64,000 nt of DNA from an uncultured Actinomycetes bacterium (GCA_963775295.1 CAVZIK010000006.1:1119602-1183601), one strand, 5' to 3'; shown: positions 18,687 to 28,658, counted from the first letter of the stretch. The notes: generated by a model from the letters alone, not told the origin. Program-made: numbers and translations.

Positions 18687-19265
18687 TCAGGAAGCTGTTG
18701 TGGTCGACCCGGAATCGATCGCGTTCGCGACGTCCATCAGCGGTTTCAATTGGCCGATGAAAGTGTCGAGAAGTTGCTTGGCGGTATCCGGCGCGTCCGA
18801 CGGGCTGCCCAAAGTCTTGATGGTGGCGTAGGCCGCTTCGAGAGTGGTGGCCACGGAGCCGTCGGCTATGTTCCGGCCCAGATTGAGCGTGGAGTAGACG
18901 TCCCTCATAGCGCTGTCGGCAGAGGTCGTGTCGCCTGAGTCGAGAGCCTTGCGACACGACAAGGCCTGCACTCGCGCCCTGAGTCCGTAAATGACGGCGA
19001 GCCGCGGATCATTGTCCGTAGCCCCGTGGGCGACGAGGTACTGGGCGAGTTTGTTCTCGACGTTGGCGGTGTCTGCTAAGTCTTTGTCGAACTGGCTGAG
19101 AGTCACCGGCGGCGAAGTCGTAGATGATCCACTGGTGGAAGAAGTCGTGGGGACGGTCGTGCTGGAGTCGGTCGTGGTCTGGTTCGTCCCCGAAACGGCG
19201 GAAGAACAGCCGGCGATGGCCGCTGCAAGCAGTAGGATGAGGAAGAGGGTCAGAAGATATCGCAT
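18687..19265 (-). CDS. Secreted lipoprotein of unknown function with a Thr/Ser-rich linker (start at Met 19265)
   Basis: Signal peptide plus lipobox MRYLLTLFLILLLAAAIAGCSS, then TNQTTTDSSTTVPTTSSTSGSSTTS, then an alpha-helical domain. No recognisable family. Confidence 0.6.
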   Translation of the reverse strand: MRYLLTLFLILLLAAAIAGCSSAVSGTNQTTTDSSTTVPTTSSTSGSSTTSPPVTLSQFDKDLADTANVENKLAQYLVAHGATDNDPRLAVIYGLRARVQALSCRKALDSGDTTSADSAMRDVYSTLNLGRNIADGSVATTLEAAYATIKTLGSPSDAPDTAKQLLDTFIGQLKPLMDVANAIDSGSTTTAS

Positions 19266-19309
19266 CCCGCCAGGGCGGTGAATCATGACGAACTCCTATG
19301 ACAGCAAAA

Positions 19310-19403
19310 TGGCGGAGTGGGAGGGATTCGAACCCTCGAGACGAGTTGACCCCGCCTACACGATTTCCAGTCGTGCTCCTTCAGCCAGCTCGGACACCAC
19401 TCC
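19310..19403 (-). tRNA. tRNA-Ser (anticodon GGA), type II with long variable arm; CCA encoded
   Basis: Minus strand folds by hand as GGAGUGG-UG-UCC-GAGCUGGCUGAA-GGA-G-CACGA-CU[GGA]AA-UCGUG-(variable hairpin GGCGGG-GUCAA-CUCGUC)-GAGGG-UUCGAAU-CCCUC-CCACUCC-G-CCA. This gives a 7-bp acceptor stem, 5-bp anticodon stem and T-loop TTCGAAT. Confidence 0.9.
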
Positions 19404-19442
19404 GCAAGAAAACAACGTCTCAGACCAACGCCGGATTATAGC

Positions 19443-20204
19443 TCAAGGCCAGGTGGGCTGCCCGCCGACCACGAGAGTCCACACGATGAGGGCGATGCCG
19501 GCGAGAAAAGTGCCGGGGACTATCAACGCTCCGATGGCGTCGCGCGTGACCTCCGAAGGAGGCAAGGTCCAGAAGCCGGCAGCGCTGAGAACGACACTAC
19601 CGGCGATGGCCGGAATGATCTGCCCCTCGCCCACGCCCAGGTAGATAAAGACCGCGCCGTACGTTACCAAGGAGCCCAGGACGAAGAGCAACCTCTCCGG
19701 CCCCGAGATCCTCTGGCCTGCTCCTGGCCCGAGCAGAAGGAGCACGAGGCTGGCAACGAAGAAGCCGAACCCAAGAAGCACGTAGCCCACGTGCATGTCG
19801 AGGAAGTTGATCTTAGAGGCGAACTCGCCTTGGGCGAAGATGTCCGGCAGCCCGCGCTGGATAGCGTGAGTGGCGATGTGTACGCCGTGCCCGATCATCG
19901 CGATGGCGAGCCCGACCCAGAACAACCAGGCGTAGGGGCTCGAGATGACGGTGTAGACATTCAACGATCCCCTGGCCGACTGAGTCACGATCAGGAAGAG
20001 ACGGGTGAACGCGAAGGCACTCAGGGCGGGAAGCAGCGTCAGAAGGACCAGGTCAAACGGCCCGATGGCCCAGGAGCCCGATGGAACAGGAGCCCCCGCG
20101 CGCAGGCCCTGGAATAACTCCCAGGCCAGCAGCGCGATCATCAGCCAGAAAGCGTTTCTGGCGACCGGAGCGCTGCCCCTTGCCTGACTCGTCGAAGTTC
20201 TCAC
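19443..20204 (-). CDS. Polytopic membrane protein of unknown function
   Basis: About 7-8 predicted TM helices; no motif I recognise. Confidence 0.5.
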   Translation of the reverse strand: MRTSTSQARGSAPVARNAFWLMIALLAWELFQGLRAGAPVPSGSWAIGPFDLVLLTLLPALSAFAFTRLFLIVTQSARGSLNVYTVISSPYAWLFWVGLAIAMIGHGVHIATHAIQRGLPDIFAQGEFASKINFLDMHVGYVLLGFGFFVASLVLLLLGPGAGQRISGPERLLFVLGSLVTYGAVFIYLGVGEGQIIPAIAGSVVLSAAGFWTLPPSEVTRDAIGALIVPGTFLAGIALIVWTLVVGGQPTWP

Positions 20205-20350
20205 CTTGCTAGTCGGCCCCCTCCTGAAGTGACAGAGACACCCATTCTATCGTTCTCCGTCCGCCGTATGTTGCCTCCGCTCAACCGCACCTACGGCGCG
20301 TTGCACGCCTATTGCGGGTTCAGTCGGCGCGCCCATTCCGCCGCGAATCC

Positions 20351-21112
20351 TCAGACGACGAAGGGCAACAGAGCCTTGCGTTCAGGTGGATAATCGGGGA
20401 ACTCCTCGCGGTACCACTTATGGGTCTTGATGGCGCGCGGAGCCAGGTTGGCTACGGTCCAGACAAGGAAGGCCAAGGCTCCTATGTTCCAGCAGGCCAG
20501 CGCCCAGCCACCCCATTCCACCATCTCGCCCAGATAGTTCGGGCACGATACAAATCGGTATCCACCGCCCGTGGGAATCTTGTAGCCGGTCTCGCCGCGG
20601 CTGCGAAGGGAGATTAGTTCCCGATCTGAGTATTGGTTGAGGGCGTAGCCAAAGATGAACAGCAAGACGCCAACGACGAACCGCGGGTCGAGCAACCAAG
20701 AGGTGTCCAGGCGCGGGCCGAGCGTGTAGAGGTATCGGGCGTTGAGGTACCCATTCCCCACGTTGAAGCAGGCGCCCATCAGCACGACCGACGCAGTGAT
20801 ACTGGGCCGACTGCTATGCACGCGGAAGGGGTAGATGAGGGAACGGTGTACGTAGTGCACGACCCATAACAGCAGGAAGACGAGGGCGACCGGGTTCCCA
20901 TGTTGGTCTCCCAGCGCATAGCAGACGACAAAGGTGATCAGGGAAGGGGACTCCATCAGGATCCATCCCCAGCGCGCGCTGAAGCGCGGTCCCCATCCCC
21001 CGCGGGTAAAGCGGCCGTAGGGAGCGGTGATAAAGAACAGGGCGGCGAAGGTGATGACCGCTACGGCCATCCACACGATGACGAGCCAGGAGTAAAAAGT
21101 GATTTCGCGCAC
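20351..21112 (-). CDS. Membrane protein of the 3-oxo-5-alpha-steroid 4-dehydrogenase / DUF1295 (steroid 5-alpha-reductase-like) family
   Basis: C-terminal signature GGGYRFVSCPNYLGEMVEWGGWAL, comparable to the GG.YEYVS.PNY.GE motif of 5-alpha-reductase-like enzymes; multiple TM helices. Confidence 0.65.
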   Translation of the reverse strand: MREITFYSWLVIVWMAVAVITFAALFFITAPYGRFTRGGWGPRFSARWGWILMESPSLITFVVCYALGDQHGNPVALVFLLLWVVHYVHRSLIYPFRVHSSRPSITASVVLMGACFNVGNGYLNARYLYTLGPRLDTSWLLDPRFVVGVLLFIFGYALNQYSDRELISLRSRGETGYKIPTGGGYRFVSCPNYLGEMVEWGGWALACWNIGALAFLVWTVANLAPRAIKTHKWYREEFPDYPPERKALLPFVV

Positions 21113-21227
21113 GTCTGACTTATATCACCCGGCGCGTCCCTTGTGCAGCGCCTGTTTGCCGAAACGGTCTAATCGGAACCTATAACCCCCGGGGGTATTG
21201 CGCCAGGACCGGCTCATATGAGGCGGG

Positions 21228-22226
21228 GTGGGAGGGCACGTGGCAGCAAGTACTGATCGGAGCATAGTGGCGGAGGGCCTCGCTCGCTACTTCGCAGACA
21301 CGAGAGCGGTCGACGGCGTCGACCTACGCGTGGAATCTGGAGGGATCTTCGGTTTCCTGGGACCGAATGGTTCCGGCAAGACCACCACGGTGAAGGTCTT
21401 GACGACCATTCTGGCTCCGACTGCCGGCACGGCGCGTGTGGCTGGTTTCGACGTCAGCAGAGACCAACAGGAGGTCAGGGCGCGTATCGGAGTGGCGCTG
21501 CAGGAAGTTGGTCTGGATCCGCTCATGACGGGCCGGGAGATGCTGACGCTGCAGGCCCGGCTGTTCGGGGCGGATTCGGCGGCCGCCTCGTTCACGGCAG
21601 AGCGTCTGTTGCGCGCGGTCGGCCTCGACGACGTCGACGACAAGAAGCGTGTGGGGCAGTATTCCGGCGGGATGAGGCGCCGTCTCGATTTGGCTCTCGC
21701 GCTCGTCAACAATCCCGACGTCCTTTTCCTCGACGAACCCACCACGGGGCTCGACCCGGCCAGCCGGATGGCGATATGGGAGGAAGTTCGCAGGCTGAAC
21801 GAGGACCTCGGGATGACCATCTTCCTCACTACGCAGTATCTCGAGGAGGCGGACAAGCTGGCGGATGACGTGGCCATCATCGACCGAGGGAAGATCGTCG
21901 CCCAAGGTTCGCCGCGCGACCTCAAGAAGCGGATAGGCAACGAGGTGGTGAGTCTAACCTTTGCCTCCCCAGAGCAGGCCGCGAAGGCCGACGCCGTGGT
22001 CGCGCCGCTGTGTCCCTCGCGGCAACTTACCGGGCGCGAGTTGCTTTGCTACTTCGGCGTTGCAGCCGACAAACTGGCGACCTTGGTGCGCGCGCTGGAT
22101 GACGCGGGTGTCGGTCTCGAAGGTCTCTCCATGAGCGAGCCGACCCTCGACGACGTCTTCCTACGGGCCACCGGCTCGCGCATGGCTCTCAAGGAGGAAC
22201 CGATAGTCAAGGAGGAGACGGCATGA
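21228..22226 (+). CDS. ABC transporter ATP-binding protein (DrrA-like, ABC-2 exporter)
   Basis: Walker A GPNGSGKTTT, signature YSGGMRRR, Walker B LFLDEPTTGLD. ATGA overlap with the downstream permease. Confidence 0.9.
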   Translation: MGGHVAASTDRSIVAEGLARYFADTRAVDGVDLRVESGGIFGFLGPNGSGKTTTVKVLTTILAPTAGTARVAGFDVSRDQQEVRARIGVALQEVGLDPLMTGREMLTLQARLFGADSAAASFTAERLLRAVGLDDVDDKKRVGQYSGGMRRRLDLALALVNNPDVLFLDEPTTGLDPASRMAIWEEVRRLNEDLGMTIFLTTQYLEEADKLADDVAIIDRGKIVAQGSPRDLKKRIGNEVVSLTFASPEQAAKADAVVAPLCPSRQLTGRELLCYFGVAADKLATLVRALDDAGVGLEGLSMSEPTLDDVFLRATGSRMALKEEPIVKEETA

Positions 22227-22984
22227 CCGACATCCTTCTCCTCATCTTGCGGTCGCTACGCAATAGCATGCGGACGCCCGCGGCGGTCATTCCCAATGTG
22301 GCCATCAGCGTCTTCTTCCTGTTCGTCTTCAACGCCGGGTTGTCGTCGGTGGCAAATCTCCCCGGTTTCAAAGGGTCATACCTAGGATTCATCATCCCGG
22401 TTTCCATCGTCTCCGCCTCCGTGGGTGGCGCCGGTGCGGCCGGCCAGTCTTTGATACGGGACATCGAGTCCGGATACTTCACCAAGCTTCTACTGACCCC
22501 GACTTCGCGGCTTGCCCTCGTCTGGGGCCCCATGGTAGGAGGGGCGGTGCTCCTTGTGGGTCAGGTCATATTGGTCTTGGCGTTGGGGCTGGCGCTGGGC
22601 CTCAAAGCCGCCGCGGGACCCGGGGGCCTCATCCTCGTCCTCTTCTTCGCCTTTCTCTGGGGGATGGCGTTTGCGGGTTACGCGGTCTTCATCGCTCTGA
22701 AGACAAGGAACGGGGCGGCTGCCGAAGCAGCGACCTTCGCTTTCTTCCCCCTCATCTTCCTGTCCTCGACGTTCGTTCCCAAGCAATACATAACGGCCAC
22801 CTGGCTGAAGTGGGCCGCCACTGTCAACCCGACCACCTACATCTATGACGCGATGAGATCTCTCCTCATTGACGGGTGGAAGGCCAGGCCGCTCTTGATC
22901 GGCTTGGGGGTGATGCTCGCCTTTGCGACGTTCACCGGCATACTGGCGCTGAGACAGGCCCGACGGGCGACGCAGCTGGGGTAG
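22223..22984 (+). CDS. ABC-2 type transporter permease (DrrB-like)
   Basis: Six TM helices, ABC-2 family pattern; translationally coupled to 21228..22226. Confidence 0.85.
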   Translation: MTDILLLILRSLRNSMRTPAAVIPNVAISVFFLFVFNAGLSSVANLPGFKGSYLGFIIPVSIVSASVGGAGAAGQSLIRDIESGYFTKLLLTPTSRLALVWGPMVGGAVLLVGQVILVLALGLALGLKAAAGPGGLILVLFFAFLWGMAFAGYAVFIALKTRNGAAAEAATFAFFPLIFLSSTFVPKQYITATWLKWAATVNPTTYIYDAMRSLLIDGWKARPLLIGLGVMLAFATFTGILALRQARRATQLG

Positions 22985-23056
22985 AGGCGGCGGAACCTGC
23001 TAGGATTCGAGTGTCCGCGACAGGTTGTTCCATCGACCCCTTCTTGAGGAAGCCGC

Positions 23057-24703
23057 ATGACCGGAAGGTTTGTCCCGTCCACGTTGGCGGGATTGCCATA
23101 TCGCATTTCCGCCGTTTTGTTCGACTTCGACGGCACACTCACTCGGCCCGACCTCATAGACTTCGCCGCCATCCGGCGCGACGTCGGTTGCCCGGTCGGC
23201 ATGGGCCTGCTGGAGTACTTTCGGGAGATCGGCAGCCCGGAAGAGCGGCAGAGGTTCACGGGCATCCTGGAGCGCGCAGAGGCTGAGGCGGCGGAGAACG
23301 CGGCTCCCAACCGGGGAGCGGTTGAACTGGTGGCCTTCTTGCGCACGCAACGCATCCCCATGGCCATCATCACTCGCAATTCGGGGGCCATGGTGCGGCT
23401 GTCTCTGCAGCACATGGACGGAATGGACCGAGAGGATTTTGGCGCCATTGTTTCGCGCGATCTTCCGTTCGAGCCGAAGCCTTGTCCCGACGGCGTCTTC
23501 CACGCGGCCGACGAACTGGGGGTGAAGGCCCGGGAGTTACTCGTTGTGGGAGACCACGCCTTCGATATCGAGGCCGGCAGGAGGGCGGGGTCACTCACCA
23601 TGCTCTTGCGCAACGGTTCGGATATACCGTCTGCGCAGGGACAAGCCGACTTCGTCATCGGAGACCTCATCGAGGCGGTCGAGATTATCCGCCACGGGTT
23701 GCCGTTGCCGCTGGGCAAGCTGCCGGTGGAGTTCCTCGCCGAGGGACTGGCGGACATCGTCCTGGACGACCCCTCGGTACTGGTGGGCGCCGGGATTGGC
23801 GAAGACGCCGCCGCACTCGACGTCTCCTCGGACGAAGTGCTGGTGCTGGCATCCGACCCCATCACGCTGGCGATGGACTCGATCGCGCGTTATGTGGTCT
23901 TGGCCAATGCGAACGATGTTGCCACGAGCGGCGCGAATCCTCGCTGGCTTCTCACCACTCTCATGTTCCCGCCCGGGTCGACGGCGTCAGAAGTGGTGGC
24001 TCTCGTGAGCGGCATCCAGGAGATGTGTTCGTCTTGGGGCATCTCGCTCTGCGGAGGTCACACGGAGGTCACCGACGCCGTCTCCCGGCCGCTGGCCGTG
24101 GGAATGATGGCGGGCACGGCACCCGCGGGCAAACTCCTCGCCAAGTCGAGGATGCGTGCCGGGGACCGGCTTCTTCTCACCAAGGCTATCGCCGTGGAGG
24201 GTACGGGGCTCATCGCCCGTGAGTTCGCCGCCCAACTAGCCGGCAAGGGGCTGACTGACGCCGAGATCGAAACGAGTGCCGGGTTCCTGGAGAAGATAGG
24301 CATCCTCGAGGAGGCGCGCATCTGCCACGGCCATCCAGGAGTGTCGGCCCTCCACGACGTGACGGAGGGCGGTCTGGCCACAGCTGTGGGCGAACTTGGC
24401 TCCGCCGGCGGGTTTCGTCTGCGCGTGGATATGGAGGCGATACCAATCTATCCCGAGACAAGGAGGATATGCGAGGCGATGGGACTCGACCCGCTGGGAC
24501 TCATCGGCTCCGGGAGTCTCCTCATCACTTGCGATGCGGCCGGATCTTCGGAGCTTGTCCGGTCCTTGGAAGAGGGTGGGGTGCCCGTCACCGAGATAGG
24601 CGAGGTGATGGAACCAGGAAGCGGTGTCGAGGCTTATCGGGACGGAATCCGCGTGGAGTGGCCCAGCTTCGATCGGGACGAGGTGTCGCGACTGGTCCGC
24701 TAG
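23057..24703 (+). CDS. Fusion protein: N-terminal HAD-superfamily phosphatase-like domain plus C-terminal PurM-like (AIR-synthase-related; ThiL/HypE/SelD-like) domain
   Basis: N-terminal HAD motif I (VLFDFDGTLT), motif II (IITRNS) and motif IV (VVGDHAFDIEAGRRAG). From about residue 225 a PurM-like fold: VLVGAGIGEDAAALDV...VLANANDVATSGANP...CGGHTEV...VTEGGLATAVGEL...GSGSLLI. Confidence 0.7.
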   Translation: MTGRFVPSTLAGLPYRISAVLFDFDGTLTRPDLIDFAAIRRDVGCPVGMGLLEYFREIGSPEERQRFTGILERAEAEAAENAAPNRGAVELVAFLRTQRIPMAIITRNSGAMVRLSLQHMDGMDREDFGAIVSRDLPFEPKPCPDGVFHAADELGVKARELLVVGDHAFDIEAGRRAGSLTMLLRNGSDIPSAQGQADFVIGDLIEAVEIIRHGLPLPLGKLPVEFLAEGLADIVLDDPSVLVGAGIGEDAAALDVSSDEVLVLASDPITLAMDSIARYVVLANANDVATSGANPRWLLTTLMFPPGSTASEVVALVSGIQEMCSSWGISLCGGHTEVTDAVSRPLAVGMMAGTAPAGKLLAKSRMRAGDRLLLTKAIAVEGTGLIAREFAAQLAGKGLTDAEIETSAGFLEKIGILEEARICHGHPGVSALHDVTEGGLATAVGELGSAGGFRLRVDMEAIPIYPETRRICEAMGLDPLGLIGSGSLLITCDAAGSSELVRSLEEGGVPVTEIGEVMEPGSGVEAYRDGIRVEWPSFDRDEVSRLVR

Positions 24704-24760
24704 TTTGCGGATACCGTTCGCCGTTGGCAAATAGTACGGTGAGACCGTACAATAGTTCCG

Positions 24761-25288
24761 ATGGAATCGACCGAGAAGACCTCCGACCTTTCCCACTCGC
24801 CGTATGAACGTTTCCGCGTTGCCTACATCCGGGCGTTGCTGGAATTGGAGACGCTTCGCCTGGCTCAATGGGAACGCTCCCGCGTCACCCTTCCTCAACT
24901 GCGCGTTCTCTTCCAGGTGCGCGGGACTCCGGGGATCACCACCGGACAACTTGCCCAGAGCCTGGGCATCACCGTCTCCACAACGAGTGGGTTGGTGGCC
25001 AAACTGGCCCGCGCCGGTCTGGTCGCACGGGGCACGAGCGCAGACGATCGCCGGCAGATCCCGCTGGAACTCACTCAACAGGGCCGGGCGCTTGCTGGTG
25101 AACTCGCCGAGTATGCCCGCCCGTTTCTGCACGAGGTGGCGGAGGATCTTGGCGACAAGCTCGAAACGACTACGGCCGCCCTTGAGATGCTGGCTGTGGC
25201 GGTAGCTTCCGCCCGAGGATCGCACACAAGGGCTCTCGCTGACCACGACCCCGATCCACAGCCCGCGGTCGGCTCGGACGGCAAATGA
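24761..25288 (+). CDS. MarR-family transcriptional regulator
   Basis: Winged-HTH LTLPQLRVLFQVRGTPGITTGQLAQSLGITVSTTSGLVAKLARAGLV...DRRQIPLELT. 4-nt overlap with the downstream MFS gene. Confidence 0.85.
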   Translation: MESTEKTSDLSHSPYERFRVAYIRALLELETLRLAQWERSRVTLPQLRVLFQVRGTPGITTGQLAQSLGITVSTTSGLVAKLARAGLVARGTSADDRRQIPLELTQQGRALAGELAEYARPFLHEVAEDLGDKLETTTAALEMLAVAVASARGSHTRALADHDPDPQPAVGSDGK

Positions 25289-26634
25289 GAATGAGCGCGC
25301 CCCGTATCAGGACGGTCACGAGCGGATTTCGCTCACTGTCGAACCGCAACTTCAGGTTGTTCTGGTTTGGGCAACTCGTCTCCTTGGCCGGGACCTGGAT
25401 GCAGGATGTTGCCCTAAGCTGGCTGGTTCTCAGCCTCACCGAATCGCCGGCGGCTCTGGGCCTCACCATGACCATTCGCTTCTTACCGGCACTGCTATTC
25501 TCGCTGTACGGTGGGGTCCTGGCTGACCGCCTACCCAAGCGCAGGACGATCGTCGCGACGCAATGCATCCAGTTGGCGGTCGCCCTCACCCTTGCCATAC
25601 TGGCCTCGACCGATCTCATAACCGTCGCGCTTATCTACGTGCTCGCCGGTATTCGCGGTATGGCCGACGCCGTGGAGAGCCCCACACGCCAGGCGTTCGT
25701 GCCCGAGATGGTGGGCAAGAGCCAGGTTTCCAACGCTGTCGCCTTGAACTCCACCCAGTTCAATGCTGCCCGCATTGTGGGCCCAGCTATCGGCGCGGCG
25801 GTGATAAGCGCATTCAGTATCGCTGCCTGCTTCTACCTCAACACTGTCAGCTTCCTCGCCGTGATCATCGCTCTCCTTGCCATGCGGGTGAGCGAACTTC
25901 AGCCGTCTCCGAGGGTCAAGGGGGAGAACGCATTGCGGAAGCTGCTCGAGGGGGTCCGTTACGCGCGGTCGACCCCCAATGTCGTGCTGATCCTCATCAT
26001 ACTGGCAGCGCTTGGTACATTCGGCTACAACTTTCAGGTCGTCCTGCCGTTGGTGGCGAAATACTTGGTGGAGTCCGGCGTTTCAGGCCTCGCGGTCTTG
26101 ATGGCGTCGATGGGCGTTGGCGCTGTGGTCGGGGGTCTTGTCAACGCATACCGAGGAAAACCAGGAAATGGTCTGTTGTTCGTCTCGGCGCTATGCTTTT
26201 CAGTACTTGAGCTCGGCTTTGGGTTTTCCAGGTCCCAAGTCTTGGATACCGGGCTCATGTTTGCGATCGGGCTCTGCGGCGTGCTCTTCATGACCACCGC
26301 CAATACGCGCCTGCAGTTGCTGGTTCCAGATCACATGCGCGGTCGGGTGATGGGGATGTACATCCTCCTGTTCCTCGGCACGACCCCTATTGGGAGTCTC
26401 GTCATCGGTCAACTCGCCGAGAGCATCGGCGTCCAGGGGACCGTCATTGCGATGGCATGTATCTGTCTCGCGGGAGTCGCGGCCGGGTTTGCCTACGCCC
26501 GTCGCGCGGTCCCTGGGTTCGGGAGAGGCGGAGGGCTCGCGACCCCGGTGGTCGTCCCTGTCGACGAGCGTTGGCGCTCGGGTGTGACAAGCGACCCGCT
26601 GGACGATACCTCGAGTGGGGGTACACTTGTATGA
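25285..26634 (+). CDS. MFS transporter (efflux type), cotranscribed with MarR
   Basis: 12 TM helices, MFS motif GGVLADRLPKRR between TM2 and TM3. Confidence 0.85.
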   Translation: MRMSAPRIRTVTSGFRSLSNRNFRLFWFGQLVSLAGTWMQDVALSWLVLSLTESPAALGLTMTIRFLPALLFSLYGGVLADRLPKRRTIVATQCIQLAVALTLAILASTDLITVALIYVLAGIRGMADAVESPTRQAFVPEMVGKSQVSNAVALNSTQFNAARIVGPAIGAAVISAFSIAACFYLNTVSFLAVIIALLAMRVSELQPSPRVKGENALRKLLEGVRYARSTPNVVLILIILAALGTFGYNFQVVLPLVAKYLVESGVSGLAVLMASMGVGAVVGGLVNAYRGKPGNGLLFVSALCFSVLELGFGFSRSQVLDTGLMFAIGLCGVLFMTTANTRLQLLVPDHMRGRVMGMYILLFLGTTPIGSLVIGQLAESIGVQGTVIAMACICLAGVAAGFAYARRAVPGFGRGGGLATPVVVPVDERWRSGVTSDPLDDTSSGGTLV

Positions 26635-26715
26635 TAAGAGGCGACACGCGGACAATTCGGGCGCAGGGCGTCCGTAAGTCGAAAAGGTAACGCGAAAAGG
26701 AGAAGAAGACTCGTC

Positions 26716-27675
26716 ATGGGAAAGAAAGTATTCGTTGACCTGACCCATCCCTTCAGTGCGGAGATTCCTCGCTGGCCGTATTTTGTAAAGCCGGTCATTG
26801 ATTCGATGCACACTATGGCAAAGGGTGGCGTCCTCACGCAGAGGGTCGATTGTGTTCAGCATACAGGCACTCATGCCGACGCACCTCGTCACGTCATGGA
26901 ACGCGAATTCGACGGCAAGAGAGCTCGCTATACCCACGAGATGCCGGTTGATGCCTACACGGGCGACGCAGTCTGCCTCGAAATCAAGGTGGAACCTTGG
27001 GGTCTGATCGGCCCCGCGCATCTTGAGGATGCCTGCAAGCGGGCGAACATCAAGCCGGCTGAACTCGAGGGCATGGTCGTTTGTCTGAACACCGGCATGC
27101 ACCGCAAGTTTGATGACTCGAAAGAGTACTACCACTATTCGTGCGGTACCGGGGTCGAAGCGGGAAAATGGTTTGTGAAGCACAAGGTCAAGTGCGTTGC
27201 TATGGACATGCAGGCGCTGGATCATCCGCTTCATACGGCCATGGGCAAGAACGGCCCGCCGCAGATGAATCTGCCCGGCGCCTCCGGAAAGCCCATTACG
27301 GAAGAATACGCTGAGCAGTTCGGTGAAGAGGCATACGCCGAATTTGAGAAAGCGGCCTACATCAGGCTGCACGGCCAAGCCGCTTACGATGCCAAATTCG
27401 GTGATCTTGAAGCGCTCGGATGCGAGGGAACTTGGGAACCCTGCCACAAGCAGATGTTGGGTCATGGCATCGTGGGGGTCGAAAACCTCGGCGGAGATCT
27501 GGACAAGGTGTCCGGCAAACGCTTCCGGTTCTTCTGCTTCCCGATTCGCTGGTACATGGGCGACGGGTCGATGGTTCGTTGCGTGGCCGAAATCGACGAA
27601 GCCGACGTGAACGAAGTTCCGGAAAGGACCTACACATACTGCGGCACGGGGTATGGCCCAGCCGCCGAACGGTAG
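26716..27675 (+). CDS. Cyclase-family protein (kynurenine-formamidase-like metal hydrolase)
   Basis: Signature QHTGTHADAPRH (the HxGTHxDxPxH zinc-binding motif of the putative-cyclase family); GC about 53-54%, below the flanking sequence. Confidence 0.7.
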   Translation: MGKKVFVDLTHPFSAEIPRWPYFVKPVIDSMHTMAKGGVLTQRVDCVQHTGTHADAPRHVMEREFDGKRARYTHEMPVDAYTGDAVCLEIKVEPWGLIGPAHLEDACKRANIKPAELEGMVVCLNTGMHRKFDDSKEYYHYSCGTGVEAGKWFVKHKVKCVAMDMQALDHPLHTAMGKNGPPQMNLPGASGKPITEEYAEQFGEEAYAEFEKAAYIRLHGQAAYDAKFGDLEALGCEGTWEPCHKQMLGHGIVGVENLGGDLDKVSGKRFRFFCFPIRWYMGDGSMVRCVAEIDEADVNEVPERTYTYCGTGYGPAAER

Positions 27676-27739
27676 TAAGTAACAGACGGTCCGAGCTCGC
27701 CCGTCGTCAGGCGAGGAATCGGTCCTCGACGAACGTTGT

Positions 27740-27775
27740 ATGGAGCCCCCGCCGGAGAACCGGCGGGGGCTCCAT
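27740..27775. terminator. Perfect 16-bp stem / AGAA loop hairpin (ATGGAGCCCCCGCCGG-AGAA-CCGGCGGGGGCTCCAT); probable factor-independent terminator after the cyclase gene
   Basis: Read directly; the arms are exact reverse complements. 65 nt downstream of the cyclase stop. No U-tract. Confidence 0.55.
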
Positions 27776-27861
27776 ACTGCATCTGCCGGCTACCCGCCGT
27801 GCTCTGACGGCCGAGCTGTGCTTTGTCTTGCGTTTCCTGGGGGTTTACACTACGGAGACAC

Positions 27862-28536
27862 ATGTCTCTCCACAGCGATGAACATATCGAGCGAACGAGC
27901 GGGGCGGGGCGCGAGCATCCTGGGGAGCGCATTCGCGCGGCGAGGCGACTACAAAAGCTGAGTGTCCGCGAACTTGCGCGCCGGGCGGAACTGACCCCCA
28001 GTCACGTCAGCAAGATCGAACGCGGGTTGACCAACCCTTCGGTGGGGGCGCTCTGGAAGCTCTCGGATGGACTGGGCCTCACGGTCGCTCAGTTGTTCCC
28101 CGCGCCTGTCGGGCTCGTCGAGTCCGGCGATGACAGCGCTTTCAACGAAATCGGCTCTGACCCGACTGCGGCAGTTTTGGTGCCTGGCCCGGGGATTTCC
28201 CCGGTGGTGGACCCCAGACGTCGCGAGATCATCAGGATGATGGGCGTGGAGTTTCAGCGCCTGACCCCCTCCGACGACGACATGGTGGAGTTCATCGAGG
28301 TCCGGCACGAGGTGGGCGCCGGAGACGACGAGGCCTACCATCATAGGGGCCGCGAGTATGGCCTCGTACTGAGCGGCCGCTTGCAGGTGGATGTGGGCTT
28401 CAAAAAGCACCTGTTGGAGCCGGGTTTCAGCATTGCCTTCGACAGCAGCATCCCTCATCGCGTCATAAACGTGGGAGACGAGCCGGCGGTCGCCGTCTGG
28501 CTGACTATCGGTCGAGGTCCGACCGGTCCGGTCTGA
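27862..28536 (+). CDS. XRE-family HTH plus cupin-domain transcriptional regulator (start at Met 27862)
   Basis: N-terminal HTH_3 (IRAARRLQKLSVRELARRAELTPSHVSKIERGLTNPSVGALWKLSDGL) and C-terminal cupin (HRGREYGLVLSGRLQV...IPHRVINVGDEPAV). Confidence 0.8.
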   Translation: MSLHSDEHIERTSGAGREHPGERIRAARRLQKLSVRELARRAELTPSHVSKIERGLTNPSVGALWKLSDGLGLTVAQLFPAPVGLVESGDDSAFNEIGSDPTAAVLVPGPGISPVVDPRRREIIRMMGVEFQRLTPSDDDMVEFIEVRHEVGAGDDEAYHHRGREYGLVLSGRLQVDVGFKKHLLEPGFSIAFDSSIPHRVINVGDEPAVAVWLTIGRGPTGPV

Positions 28537-28658
28537 CGCGCTCAGGGCCCGCTTGACTGGCGCGCCGGCCCGGTGTACGTTTGTGTCCTGCCATGACTCA
28601 CTCACCGGCCTCTTCCGGGAGGCCTGAGCGGCCAAATCGATACAGAAGGAGCGACCAT

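Noticed and set aside
24236-25246. 336-aa minus-strand ORF spanning the HAD-PurM 3' end and MarR
   Set aside because: Antisense to two well-supported + strand genes; no domain signature.
26200-27465. 421-aa minus-strand ORF
   Set aside because: Antisense to the MFS transporter and cyclase genes; Arg/His-rich composition untypical of a real protein.
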